Below, piece after piece: positions 37,520 to 46,296 of a stretch of DNA of 64,000 nt (positions are counted from its first letter, which is position 1; each line of letters starts with the position of its first letter). The stretch comes from an uncultured Gemmatimonadaceae bacterium. GTDB lineage: Bacteria > Gemmatimonadota > Gemmatimonadetes > Gemmatimonadales > GWC2-71-9. A program made the translations under genes and the position numbers. A model generated the notes under the pieces. The model made no database searches, was not told the origin of the DNA, and worked only from the letters and a program-made list of their open reading frames with translations. Location of the stretch: NCBI GenBank assembly GCA_964421625.1, contig CAYQXR010000002.1, positions 2,698 to 66,697 of the forward strand, in the 5' to 3' direction.

Positions 37520-38409
37520 GTCGGGAGGGGCAGACCTTCCAGGAGACATCGCCGGTCATCCGGTGGATCAACTTCGTCAAGCTGCCCCATACGCTGTTCG
37601 CGCTGCCGTTCGCTCTGCTGGGTGTGCTGGCGGCGTCCCGGGTTGCACCGGTGACCGGTCGCACCGTCGCGCTCGTGGTGGTGGCCTTCACCGCCGCGCG
37701 GTTTGCGGCCATGGGTTTCAACCGCATCGCCGATCGCGTTGTCGATGCCCGCAACCCGCGGACGGCGGCGCGGGAGATTCCGCGCGGCACCATCACCGTG
37801 GCGCAGGCCTCCGTGGCCGTCGTGCTGGCCGCCGCACTCTTTCTCGGCGCCGCCGCGCTGCTCAACCCGCTGTGCCTGGTGCTGGCGCCGGTCGCGCTGG
37901 CCTGGATCCTGACCTACTCCTACGCCAAGCGGTTCACGCACTGGCCGCAGCTCTGGCTGGGTCTGTCGCTGGCCATCGCGCCGGTCGGCGGATGGCTGGC
38001 CGTGACCGGCGCCTGGAGCGAGCCGTGGTGGCTGCTGCTCGCCATCACCCTGGCCGTGGCGACCTGGGTGGCCGGCTTCGATGTCTTCTACGCCCTGCCG
38101 GACGAAGCGTTCGATCGCGGCGAGGGACTGCGCAGCGCGGTGGTCCGGCTGGGTCAGCGTCGGGCGATCCTGTTCGCCAAGCTGCTGCACGGGGTGACGA
38201 TTCCCATGCTGGCGCTGTTCGGCTGGGGCGCGGGATTCGGGCTGTGGTACTTCGTCGGCGTGGTGGTTGCCGCGGCGATCCTGGCCTGGGAACATCAGCT
38301 CGTGAAACCGGGCGATCTCTCCCGGCTCGATGCGGCGTTCTTCACGATGAACGGGGTGATGAGCATCACGGTTTTCGTCTTCGCGCTGCTTGATCGGGTA
38401 GTAGCGTGA
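37516..38409 (+). CDS. ubiA: UbiA-family aromatic prenyltransferase
   Basis: Part of track ORF 37177..38409. GTG 37516 overlaps the ubiD stop (GTGA). It has the NxxxDxxxD motif NRIADRVVDARNPRTAAREIP and 8-9 TM helices. Confidence 0.85.
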   Translation: MSREGQTFQETSPVIRWINFVKLPHTLFALPFALLGVLAASRVAPVTGRTVALVVVAFTAARFAAMGFNRIADRVVDARNPRTAAREIPRGTITVAQASVAVVLAAALFLGAAALLNPLCLVLAPVALAWILTYSYAKRFTHWPQLWLGLSLAIAPVGGWLAVTGAWSEPWWLLLAITLAVATWVAGFDVFYALPDEAFDRGEGLRSAVVRLGQRRAILFAKLLHGVTIPMLALFGWGAGFGLWYFVGVVVAAAILAWEHQLVKPGDLSRLDAAFFTMNGVMSITVFVFALLDRVVA

Positions 38410-38436
38410 GGTGTTCGCTGGCGGGGTGGGCTGCTG

Positions 38437-38540
38437 GGGAGGGGGCAGGTGCTCCCTCCGCCGACTGCGCATCGCCTCTCGGCAGGAGTGCCGCCTCCGT
38501 CGGCGATGCAAGGCCGGCTCCGGGACACCTGCCCCCTCCC
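38437..38540. repeat. 104-nt nested inverted repeat (long hairpin) in the ubiA-ubiX spacer
   Basis: The outer arms are a 15-bp perfect pair: GGGAGGGGGCAGGTG (38437-38451) and CACCTGCCCCCTCCC (38526-38540). The inner pair is 8 bp: GCATCGCC (38469-38476) and GGCGATGC (38502-38509). Confidence 0.6.
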
Positions 38541-38707
38541 GTTCACCGACTATTCCAGGACACCGGCGCCGGGCCAGATCGCTCGAAGCCGACCTTGCGT
38601 TGCCGACGGCGAGCTTCGGCTCGCCAGGAGGCGACGAGTGGGAGGCGCAGAGCGTGTCTGGCCCGGCGTCGGCGTGTGAACCACCAGGATATCGACGGAG
38701 TACCAGG

Positions 38708-39289
38708 ATGACCCCACCCCTTGTGTTCGCCATCACCGGCGCATCCGGCGCGCCGTACGCCGTCCGGCTGCTCGCGGTGCTGGTCGCCCACCGCGTGCCG
38801 GTCGAACTGATCATCTCGTCGCATGGGTGGCGCCTGCTGCAGACCGAAGCCGGCATTGCCGACGAAGCGGCTCTGCGTGCGGCCACCGGTGGCGACTGGG
38901 GCACGGTCACCCTGATGCCCAACGATGACCGGGGCGCCCGCTGCGCTTCGGGCTCCCACCGGACCCTCGGCATGGTGGTGTGCCCCTGTTCGATGGGGAC
39001 GCTTGCCGCGATCGCCACGGGCAGTTCGCGGTCTCTGATCGAACGGACGGCGGATGTGATGCTCAAGGAGCGGCGCCGTCTCATCGTGGTGCCGCGCGAG
39101 ATGCCGCTCTCGCTGGTGCACCTCCGGAATCTGACGGCAATCACCGAGGCCGGGGCCATCGTGCTGCCGGCCGCGCCCGGCTTCTACCATCGCCCCGAGC
39201 GGATCGACGATCTGGTCGATTTTGTGGTGCAGCGGGTGCTCGATCAGGTCGGGCTGGACATCACCATCGCGCCGCGCTGGGAGGGCTGA
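38708..39289 (+). CDS. ubiX: flavin prenyltransferase UbiX
   Basis: Part of track ORF 38411..39289, with the start at ATG 38708. Motifs: VFAITGASGAPYAVRLL, MVVCPCSMGTLAAIATG, RRRLIVVPREMPLS. Confidence 0.9.
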   Translation: MTPPLVFAITGASGAPYAVRLLAVLVAHRVPVELIISSHGWRLLQTEAGIADEAALRAATGGDWGTVTLMPNDDRGARCASGSHRTLGMVVCPCSMGTLAAIATGSSRSLIERTADVMLKERRRLIVVPREMPLSLVHLRNLTAITEAGAIVLPAAPGFYHRPERIDDLVDFVVQRVLDQVGLDITIAPRWEG

Positions 39290-39293
39290 GCCG

Positions 39294-39788
39294 ATGCGTC
39301 TCGGCGTGATTTCCGACACCCACGGTCTGCTGCGGCCGGAGGTCTTCGAGGCCTTTGCCGAAGTGGATCACATCCTCCACGCGGGGGACATCGGCTCGCT
39401 CGACATTCTGACCGAGCTGGAGGCGATCGCGCCGGTGACAGCCGTCTACGGCAACACCGATGGCTTCGAGCTGCGGGGCCGCCTGCCGGCCGTGGCGCAG
39501 ATCGAACTGGACGGCTTCCGCATCGTGGTGACGCACGGCGATCAGTTCGGTCGCGGCGTCACCGCCGAAGCGCTCAATGAGGCCTTCCCCGAGGCAGAGA
39601 TTCTGGTGTATGGACACACACACATTCCCCGGCTGGAACTGGTCGATGTAGTGGTGACGGCCATGAATCCTGGGAGTGCCGGCCCCCGCCGCTTCGACAT
39701 TCCGGCATCGGTGGGCATTCTGGAGCTTGAACCCGGTATTCCCCCGCGGGGTCGGCTGCTGCCGCTGACCGCAGCGGACGAGGACTAG
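39294..39788 (+). CDS. YfcE/MJ0936-family metallophosphoesterase
   Basis: Part of track ORF 39222..39788, with the start at ATG 39294. Motifs: ISDTHG, HAGD, GNTD, THGD, GHTH. Confidence 0.8.
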   Translation: MRLGVISDTHGLLRPEVFEAFAEVDHILHAGDIGSLDILTELEAIAPVTAVYGNTDGFELRGRLPAVAQIELDGFRIVVTHGDQFGRGVTAEALNEAFPEAEILVYGHTHIPRLELVDVVVTAMNPGSAGPRRFDIPASVGILELEPGIPPRGRLLPLTAADED

Positions 39789-40876
39789 GCGTCGCCCCAG
39801 ACCGTCAGCGGCGTGGTGCGGCGCCAACTGTCGGGATGATTCCGGAACCACGACAGCACCAGCAGACGCTGGAGCCACTGTTCCATCGAGAGGTTGGCCT
39901 CGGGCGTGACCGGACGGGCGAGTTCGTCGCGCACCACGGCAGCAAAGGCCTCGCGTTCGAGCGGCGAGACCGGATCGGGATAGCAGGCGCGGACCTCGCC
40001 GTGGCGGATCAGGTAGATGCGATCGTCGCCGTGCGTACCCGGATCGCGCCAGGCAAAGGTGAGCAGCTCCATCGCGGCCCGCGCCCGGGATCCCGCGGCC
40101 AGCAGCCATTCCAAGGTCTCGAACTTCTCCCGCCACCGGATGGCCGCATCGTAGTGGCCGAGGTCGGCATGCCGCGTCATCTCGGCGATGATCCGGCCGA
40201 ACGGTGCCACCGAGCGTCCGTCGCAGAAGGCGGCCGCCAGTCCCGCCCGCTCGGCGTAGGCAGCCTGGTCGGGACGGGCGCAGGGGGCGAGACAGGTACC
40301 GAAGTCGGCTCGCGGACAGGCGGCGCGCACCGGTGGCGTGAAGAGATCGCCCTGGACGCCTTCGACGCCACGGAGCGCGAGACGGCAGTCGCGCAGGCCG
40401 AGCAGGTCGGAGAGTACCCGCGCGGCCTCGGCGGTGCGGGTGGGCGAGCGGAACGGGCCGTAGCGGAGCCCGGCAGGTGCCTCGGGCGTGGTGGTCGTCA
40501 GCAGGCGCGGGTAGGCCTCGTCGGTCAGCACCAGGAAGACCTGCCGGCGGGTCCGGTTCATCGCCACGTTGTACGGCGGGCGATGTTTCCGGATCAGGGT
40601 CAACTCGGTCAGCGCAGCGGCGAATTCCGAGTGGGTGTACTCGAACTGGATGTCGGCGGCGGCGTGAAGGATCCGGGCGGCTTTGTCGTCGGGGTAGGTG
40701 GCGCGAAAGTAGGAGAGCAGCCGGGTCCGCAGGGCCCGGGCCTTCCCGACGTACAGAATGCGCCCTCCCGCGTCGATCATCCGGTACACACCGGGACGAT
40801 CGGCCGCCAGGCGTTGCACCCGGAAACGGAGGGCGTCGCGGTCAGTGGCGGGCAGCGGGAGGGCGAGCGCGGTCAC
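39785..40876 (-). CDS. GIY-YIG nuclease related to the N-terminal half of UvrC (Cho-like)
   Basis: Track ORF. GIY-YIG region: PGVYRMIDAGGRILYVGKARALRTRLLSYF...IRKHRPPYNV. UVR-like helix: HADLGHYDAAIRWREKFETLEWL. No C-terminal UvrC endonuclease or HhH region is visible. Confidence 0.75.
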   Translation of the reverse strand: MTALALPLPATDRDALRFRVQRLAADRPGVYRMIDAGGRILYVGKARALRTRLLSYFRATYPDDKAARILHAAADIQFEYTHSEFAAALTELTLIRKHRPPYNVAMNRTRRQVFLVLTDEAYPRLLTTTTPEAPAGLRYGPFRSPTRTAEAARVLSDLLGLRDCRLALRGVEGVQGDLFTPPVRAACPRADFGTCLAPCARPDQAAYAERAGLAAAFCDGRSVAPFGRIIAEMTRHADLGHYDAAIRWREKFETLEWLLAAGSRARAAMELLTFAWRDPGTHGDDRIYLIRHGEVRACYPDPVSPLEREAFAAVVRDELARPVTPEANLSMEQWLQRLLVLSWFRNHPDSWRRTTPLTVWGDA

Positions 40877-40963
40877 GCCGGAAGATAGGTCGGGCGGGCC
40901 GGTGCGGGCTGCGCTTCCCGCGTGGTGGTCTGGTCGGGACCGTCTGGTGCGGTCCCCACAGGG

Positions 40964-41380
40964 CTACCGCGTGATTCTGGCCAGGACTGCCCCGCCAGCG
41001 GCAAGACTGAGCAGGAAGGCCACTCCCCACCACACGGGGCTGGAGGCGTCGCCAACTACCCGGATACATCCGGCGAGCACCAGCACCGCCACCGCACCGG
41101 CCAGGGCCGACCCAATGTTCCACCGACGGGCGCTCGCCGAGCGGTGACGGCCGCCCCACCACAGCGCGAACAGCAGGAATCCCATCCACGAGAGAATGGC
41201 GGGCACCACCGCTGGCCCCTGTCGGTTCAGCCGACTCGGCAGGCTCTCCCCAGTTGATTGGGTCGCCCAGGACAGCAGATCGATCACGGCGGGTAGACCG
41301 TACCATGCCAGCAGGAAGAGCACGGTGGAGGCGAGTTGCGCCCGGCGGCTCGTGAGGTCGAGTTCAGGCTGCGTCAGCAT
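40964..41380 (-). CDS. hypothetical 4-TM membrane protein
   Basis: Part of track ORF 40964..41410, with the start at ATG 41380. Hydrophobic helices include STVLFLLAWYGLPAVIDLL, AILSWMGFLLFALWW, ALAGAVAVLVLAG and VWWGVAFLLSLAAGGAVL. Confidence 0.5.
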   Translation of the reverse strand: MLTQPELDLTSRRAQLASTVLFLLAWYGLPAVIDLLSWATQSTGESLPSRLNRQGPAVVPAILSWMGFLLFALWWGGRHRSASARRWNIGSALAGAVAVLVLAGCIRVVGDASSPVWWGVAFLLSLAAGGAVLARITR

Positions 41381-41413
41381 TGCATTCCGTAGTCCGCCAT
41401 CTGCGCCCACACC

Positions 41414-43009
41414 TCAGCCGTCTGGGCGGAGGACACTGATCTCCGCCTGCTGAACGACCTGGCGCTCTCCCTGGGTGATGGTGAGCTGAACCCGGTAGTT
41501 GCCGGGGCGGAGCTTGTCGGGAAGTTGCATGCTGCGGGTCCATTCGACAGCCGCTCGACCGGGAGGCTGGTCGTCGAAGTGGAAGGTCGTGCGGGTCGGA
41601 GTGTCGCCGCGACGCGGTGGCGCGAGTTCTTCGAGATCGATTTGCGTGCGATAGGCGACTTCGGGCTGGAGCCCGGCAATCTGCGTGAAGACGGAGACTG
41701 CGGCGCCAGCCTTCCATTCCCGGCTCGGGTTCATCGGGATTGCCCCCGAGGCGGAAGGCCAGGTCATGGATCTCTCTGGAGCACCCAGGACGACACCGTT
41801 GAGTCGGAGGGCCGGGCTGTTCGGGTCGGCAATGGTGAGGTCGTCGAAGACGAGCGTGGCCCCGCGTCGACCGTCGTCCTGCGTCAGGGTGAGGGCGATA
41901 CCCCAGGTACCCGGCGGGAGCGGCAGCTCGGCGATCAGACTCAACCAGACGGTGGATCGCCCCATCGGGGTAGAGCCGCACATCGTACCGGCGTCCGTCC
42001 GAAGGAACATCAAGTCCAGGTCCGCCATCGCGCCTCCTCGCACTGTACACCGCGCCACCACCGGGTCGCCGAAGGGGATGCTCAGGTTGCGGAGTGAGTC
42101 ATGGCGGACGACAGCACCGGTGGACGCGTTGACGGCCAGGAGAGTGGCCTTCAGTCGGTAGCCGACCCGGTTCTCCATCACGGCATCCCGCATCAGTTGG
42201 GGCTGACCAAAGGTGATCGCCACGACACCGACTGGCTGCTCACGCTGAAGTGCGTAGGCCGTCCCGCGGATTCTGAAGGTCGGATCGAACCGGAGCACAT
42301 TGGTGAGCGCCTCGGCCACTGGCGCATTCGCCTCGATCCATCCCGTCGAGTGGATCCCCGATACCTCGGCGATGGACTTGGCAAGTGGTTTGGGAAGCGC
42401 ACGGTCGAGCAGGTGGGTCCAGGCGGCCCGTCCGACGGTCGACGTGTCCCGCCCGGCCTCCTGCAGCCAGGTGTCGGTCGTCGCTCCGTGTTCCTCGGCG
42501 GCACGGATCTGTGTGATGGCAAGCAGTGCCGGAGCGACTCCCTCACGGGTGGCGGCGAGAGTGAGGAGACGGCGGGCGGAGTCGGCGCGCGTGGCCAGTC
42601 CTTCGTCGTCGAGGACGCTCTGGGCCAGCAGGAGGTAAGGAACACCCCACTGCGGGCGTTCATTCACCACCTGCCGGATGCGCTTGACAGCCTCCTGTTC
42701 AGCCGGGAGCCGCACGCGGACCTCATCCGGCTTCCACTGCCGGTTGCGCTCGATCGCGATGTCTCGCTGATCCGGGACGACCAGCGGGACCTGAGCCTGC
42801 CGCAGGAGGAAGACCGCCTCGCAGAGGCGCTGGGCGGGGCGGGCTTGTCCGTCGCAACGCCGCTCTGGTGGGACAGTTCCCGAGGGTACAGCCATGCCTT
42901 CCGCCAGGATCGTCTCGATGAAACGGATCTCGGCGACCGGGGTCTGCTGAGCAGGCAGTGCGGCGGGGAGCAGCGCCCAGGCCATGGGCATCAGACACAA
43001 CCAACGCAT
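41414..43009 (-). CDS. hypothetical 531-aa secreted protein
   Basis: Part of track ORF 41414..43105. ATG 43009 gives the signal peptide MRWLCLMPMAWALLPAALPAQ. No family recognised. The C-terminal part looks beta-rich (GNYRVQLTITQGERQVVQQAEISVL). Confidence 0.55.
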   Translation of the reverse strand: MRWLCLMPMAWALLPAALPAQQTPVAEIRFIETILAEGMAVPSGTVPPERRCDGQARPAQRLCEAVFLLRQAQVPLVVPDQRDIAIERNRQWKPDEVRVRLPAEQEAVKRIRQVVNERPQWGVPYLLLAQSVLDDEGLATRADSARRLLTLAATREGVAPALLAITQIRAAEEHGATTDTWLQEAGRDTSTVGRAAWTHLLDRALPKPLAKSIAEVSGIHSTGWIEANAPVAEALTNVLRFDPTFRIRGTAYALQREQPVGVVAITFGQPQLMRDAVMENRVGYRLKATLLAVNASTGAVVRHDSLRNLSIPFGDPVVARCTVRGGAMADLDLMFLRTDAGTMCGSTPMGRSTVWLSLIAELPLPPGTWGIALTLTQDDGRRGATLVFDDLTIADPNSPALRLNGVVLGAPERSMTWPSASGAIPMNPSREWKAGAAVSVFTQIAGLQPEVAYRTQIDLEELAPPRRGDTPTRTTFHFDDQPPGRAAVEWTRSMQLPDKLRPGNYRVQLTITQGERQVVQQAEISVLRPDG

Positions 43010-43092
43010 GGAGCTTCTCCAGGGCAAAGTGACTGGACAGGTCCGATTCAAGATGCGGTGGCGCCTGGTCTCGGGCAAGGCGCGGACAATGC

Positions 43093-43917
43093 TCACCGCT
43101 GACACCGCCAGCAGAACACCGTCCCGCGCGCGTCGATCTCGTGGGTGCCCGCCAGCCGGGTCCCGCAGTGGCGGCAGGGCTCACCCTCCCGGCCGTAGAC
43201 GAAGAGCTCGAGCTGAAAACCGCCCGGTGACCCGGTACTGGTCACGTAGTCGCGGAACGAAGTGCCTTCGGCCTCGATGGCCGCCGTGAGAATGCGCTGA
43301 ATGGCACCGTGCAGTGCCACAAGCTGAGTGTCCGGCACATCGCACGCGGCGCGCGACGGATCAATGCCCGCCGAGAACAGTGCCTCGCTGGCGTAGATGT
43401 TTCCGACACCTACCACCACGCGCTGATCCATGATCACCTTCTTGATTGCGGCGCGGGATTTGGTCACCCGTTCGACAAATCGCTCCGCCGTGAATTCCGG
43501 GTCGAGCGGTTCCGGCCCGAGTCGTTCAGCGAACCGGTCCCAGTCGGCGTGGTCGAGCCAGCGCAGGGTGCCGATCCGGCGCACATCGCGGTACACCAAG
43601 GTGCCGCCGTCGTCGAGCGCACAGCGCAGCACGGCATAGTGTGCTTCGGCAGGAGACAGGGGACGTTCGTAGACGATCAGCGAACCGGTCATGCCGGGCT
43701 GCACGGCCAGCAGCCGGGTGTCGGTGCCGAGGAGCGCATGCTTGGCGCGACGGGTGACTTCGACAATTCGTCGCCCGGACAGCTCACGCAGCAGCGTGTC
43801 GGCCGTCACCCCGTCGAGCACATTGTCGTGCGTGAGGGCCACCTGTTCCAGACGACGACCGACCAGCCGCTGCTGGAGCTGGCGGACCAGGGTTTCGACC
43901 TCCGGCAGTTCCGGCAT
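43093..43917 (-). CDS. mutM: formamidopyrimidine-DNA glycosylase
   Basis: Part of track ORF 43093..43926. The start is set at ATG 43917 so that the catalytic Pro2 (MPELPEVE) is N-terminal. The C-terminal zinc finger is CRHCGTRL...CWRCQ. Confidence 0.9.
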   Translation of the reverse strand: MPELPEVETLVRQLQQRLVGRRLEQVALTHDNVLDGVTADTLLRELSGRRIVEVTRRAKHALLGTDTRLLAVQPGMTGSLIVYERPLSPAEAHYAVLRCALDDGGTLVYRDVRRIGTLRWLDHADWDRFAERLGPEPLDPEFTAERFVERVTKSRAAIKKVIMDQRVVVGVGNIYASEALFSAGIDPSRAACDVPDTQLVALHGAIQRILTAAIEAEGTSFRDYVTSTGSPGGFQLELFVYGREGEPCRHCGTRLAGTHEIDARGTVFCWRCQR

Positions 43918-43935
43918 CAGGGCCACGCCTCGGCG

Positions 43936-45207
43936 TCAGCGCCGGGCCGCCTCCCGCCAACCGATGTCGGGACGATACTGCTTGCCGTCAAAGTCGATCC
44001 GCTCCGCCGCCTCGCGTGAAGCGCGCTGGGCGTCCTCAAAGGCCGGTGCCATCGCCGTGACCGACAGCACGCGCCCACCGCTCACGACCAGGGACCCGTC
44101 GTCCAGCGCCTGCGTCCCGGCATGATAGACCGTCACCTCCGGCGGCAGGTCGGCCGGAATGGCGATGGGCGCGCCCTTCAACGGGGCGTCGGGATACCCG
44201 GCCGCTGCCAGAACCGTCGTGACGGCGGCCGCATGGTGGAGACGGACGGCCGGGAGCGGGGCGCCTCGTGCGGCGGCGTCGAGGAGCGCAGTCAGGCCGT
44301 GGGCGACCAGCGGCAGAATGACCTGCGTCTCCGGATCGCCGAAGCGGCAGTTGAATTCGATCACCGCCGGTGTCCCGTCCGGGGCAATCATCAGCCCGGC
44401 ATAGAGCACGCCGCGGAACGGCGCACCGCGCCGCGCCAGTTCGGCCAGCGTCGGGAGGAGGACCTCCTGTTTCACCCGGGCGAGTACGGCCGGCGTGGCG
44501 AATGCCACGGGTGCGTAGGCTCCCATACCGCCGGTGTTCGGGCCCCGGTCGCCGGTGAGCAGCCGCTTGTGATCCTGGGCGGCTGGGAGCAGGCATACGT
44601 CGGTGCCATTGGTGACCGCCATGACCGACAGTTCCTCGCCTTCGAGAAAGCGTTCGATCAGGACGACATCACCGGCCGACCCGAACTGCCGATCACCCAG
44701 CATGGCGGTGACCACCTGCTCTGCCTCCGCCCGGGTGGCGCAGACCACGGCGCCCTTGCCGCCGGCGAGGCCCGAGGCCTTGACCACCAGCGGTTCGGGG
44801 TGGGTGCGGACATGCTCGAGCGCGGCGGCGAGATCGGTGAAGGCTGCCGCCGCCGCGGTGGGGACGCCCGCCGCTGCCATGACTGCCTTGGCGAAGACCT
44901 TCGACGCCTCGATCTGCGCGGCTGCGGCGCCGGGACCGAACACGTGCCGCCCTTCGGCGCGGAGACGATCCGCCAGGCCGAGGGCCAGCGGCAGTTCCGG
45001 ACCGACGACCACCAGATCGATGGCGTGCGCATCGGCAGCATCGGCCAGGCGGTCGATGTCGTCCGCCGCGATGGGAAGATTGGTGGCAAAGCTCGCGGTG
45101 CCGGGGTTGCCCGGCGCCAGGTACAGCAGGTGATCCGGATTGTCCGTGGCGAGGGCGCGGGCAAGCGCATGTTCCCGCCCGCCACCCCCGACGATCAGCA
45201 CCCTCAT
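43936..45207 (-). CDS. purD: phosphoribosylamine-glycine ligase
   Basis: Track ORF with the N-terminus MRVLIVGGGGREHALA and an ATP-grasp core. The ATG overlaps the upstream stop (ATGA). Confidence 0.92.
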   Translation of the reverse strand: MRVLIVGGGGREHALARALATDNPDHLLYLAPGNPGTASFATNLPIAADDIDRLADAADAHAIDLVVVGPELPLALGLADRLRAEGRHVFGPGAAAAQIEASKVFAKAVMAAAGVPTAAAAAFTDLAAALEHVRTHPEPLVVKASGLAGGKGAVVCATRAEAEQVVTAMLGDRQFGSAGDVVLIERFLEGEELSVMAVTNGTDVCLLPAAQDHKRLLTGDRGPNTGGMGAYAPVAFATPAVLARVKQEVLLPTLAELARRGAPFRGVLYAGLMIAPDGTPAVIEFNCRFGDPETQVILPLVAHGLTALLDAAARGAPLPAVRLHHAAAVTTVLAAAGYPDAPLKGAPIAIPADLPPEVTVYHAGTQALDDGSLVVSGGRVLSVTAMAPAFEDAQRASREAAERIDFDGKQYRPDIGWREAARR

Positions 45208-46226
45208 GCGCTGCCTTTCCGCGCATCGTCGAAGGCGTCTTTGGCCCGGTCCGTCGCCCGCTTGGCCGCCGACCGGAACTGCTCGGCGACATCCTTGATC
45301 TCGTTGACGTAGTGGGCCGCACCGGCGCGGACATCGTCGGCGATCGGGCGCTCCTGCTGCTCGGCACCGCGCCGAGTGTATTCGCCGCGCAGAATCCGGT
45401 CGTAGTCACCCGACTGCACCCAGCGCTGAAGTTCACCGGCGCGGACCGCATGCATCGGGTGGGTGAAGGAGAGCGTGTTCAGGATCTTGAAGATCAGATC
45501 GACAGTGTCCTCGGTGACTGCATACTCGTTGGCCTGCTGCAGGAACGGTTCGAGGTTCAGGTCGCCGGGGCGCACGTTACTGGTATTGGCTCCGCCCGCC
45601 ATCTTCATGAACAGGCGCATGGTCGCGCCAATGTCCTGCGCACCGAGCAACGCGGCGCGGTCGGCCGACAGCTCCGACTTGCGGCTCCACTCCAGAAACG
45701 CCAGCCGGATCGGCAGCAGCACAATCGACGCCAGCATGGGCAGCGCCCCCAGCGAGACCAGCATCATGATCTCGGCCATGGTGCGATACAGCGAGTGCCC
45801 GCTGATCACATGCCCCAGCTCGTGCGCCAGGAGAGCCCGCAGCTCGTCTTCTTCCAGCAGCTCGAAGGCCGAGGAGTGGATCACGATGAACGGATCGTCG
45901 ATGCCGTAGGCGCCCGCGTTGAAGATGGGCGTCTGCGTCACGTAGAGTTCCGGCACCCGCTCCCAGCCGAAGGTGGCGCAGTTCTCGACGTGCAGCCCCC
46001 AGAGCTGGGGGAACTGGGTGGGACCCACGCGGATGGCGTTGCCCTGGAACAGCAGACGGATGCCGCGTTCGCCACCCAGCCACGCGAGGATCTTGCGGAT
46101 CACCTCGTCGACGCCGGGGATGGCCCGCAGCGTCTGCAGGGCGGCGCGGTCGGCGGGATGCTCCCACGACACCGCGGCGATCTCGGGGAGGGTCACTCGG
46201 GGGCGGGGGGCGGGCAGGGAGGTCAT
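45204..46226 (-). CDS. M48 family zinc metallopeptidase
   Basis: Track ORF with the HELGHVISGH motif followed by TM helices. Confidence 0.8.
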   Translation of the reverse strand: MTSLPAPRPRVTLPEIAAVSWEHPADRAALQTLRAIPGVDEVIRKILAWLGGERGIRLLFQGNAIRVGPTQFPQLWGLHVENCATFGWERVPELYVTQTPIFNAGAYGIDDPFIVIHSSAFELLEEDELRALLAHELGHVISGHSLYRTMAEIMMLVSLGALPMLASIVLLPIRLAFLEWSRKSELSADRAALLGAQDIGATMRLFMKMAGGANTSNVRPGDLNLEPFLQQANEYAVTEDTVDLIFKILNTLSFTHPMHAVRAGELQRWVQSGDYDRILRGEYTRRGAEQQERPIADDVRAGAAHYVNEIKDVAEQFRSAAKRATDRAKDAFDDARKGSA

Positions 46227-46296
46227 CGGGGACTCACGGTTGAGGTCATCCGATACTACGCGGAAGGGCCAGCGGATGTTTCAGGCTGCATCCAGG

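Noticed and set aside
38411-38707. In-frame N-terminal extension of ubiX (track ORF start 38411)
   Set aside because: The extension is rich in Arg, Cys and Gly, has no UbiX homology, and coincides with long inverted repeats. UbiX homology starts at MTPPLVFAITGASG (ATG 38708).
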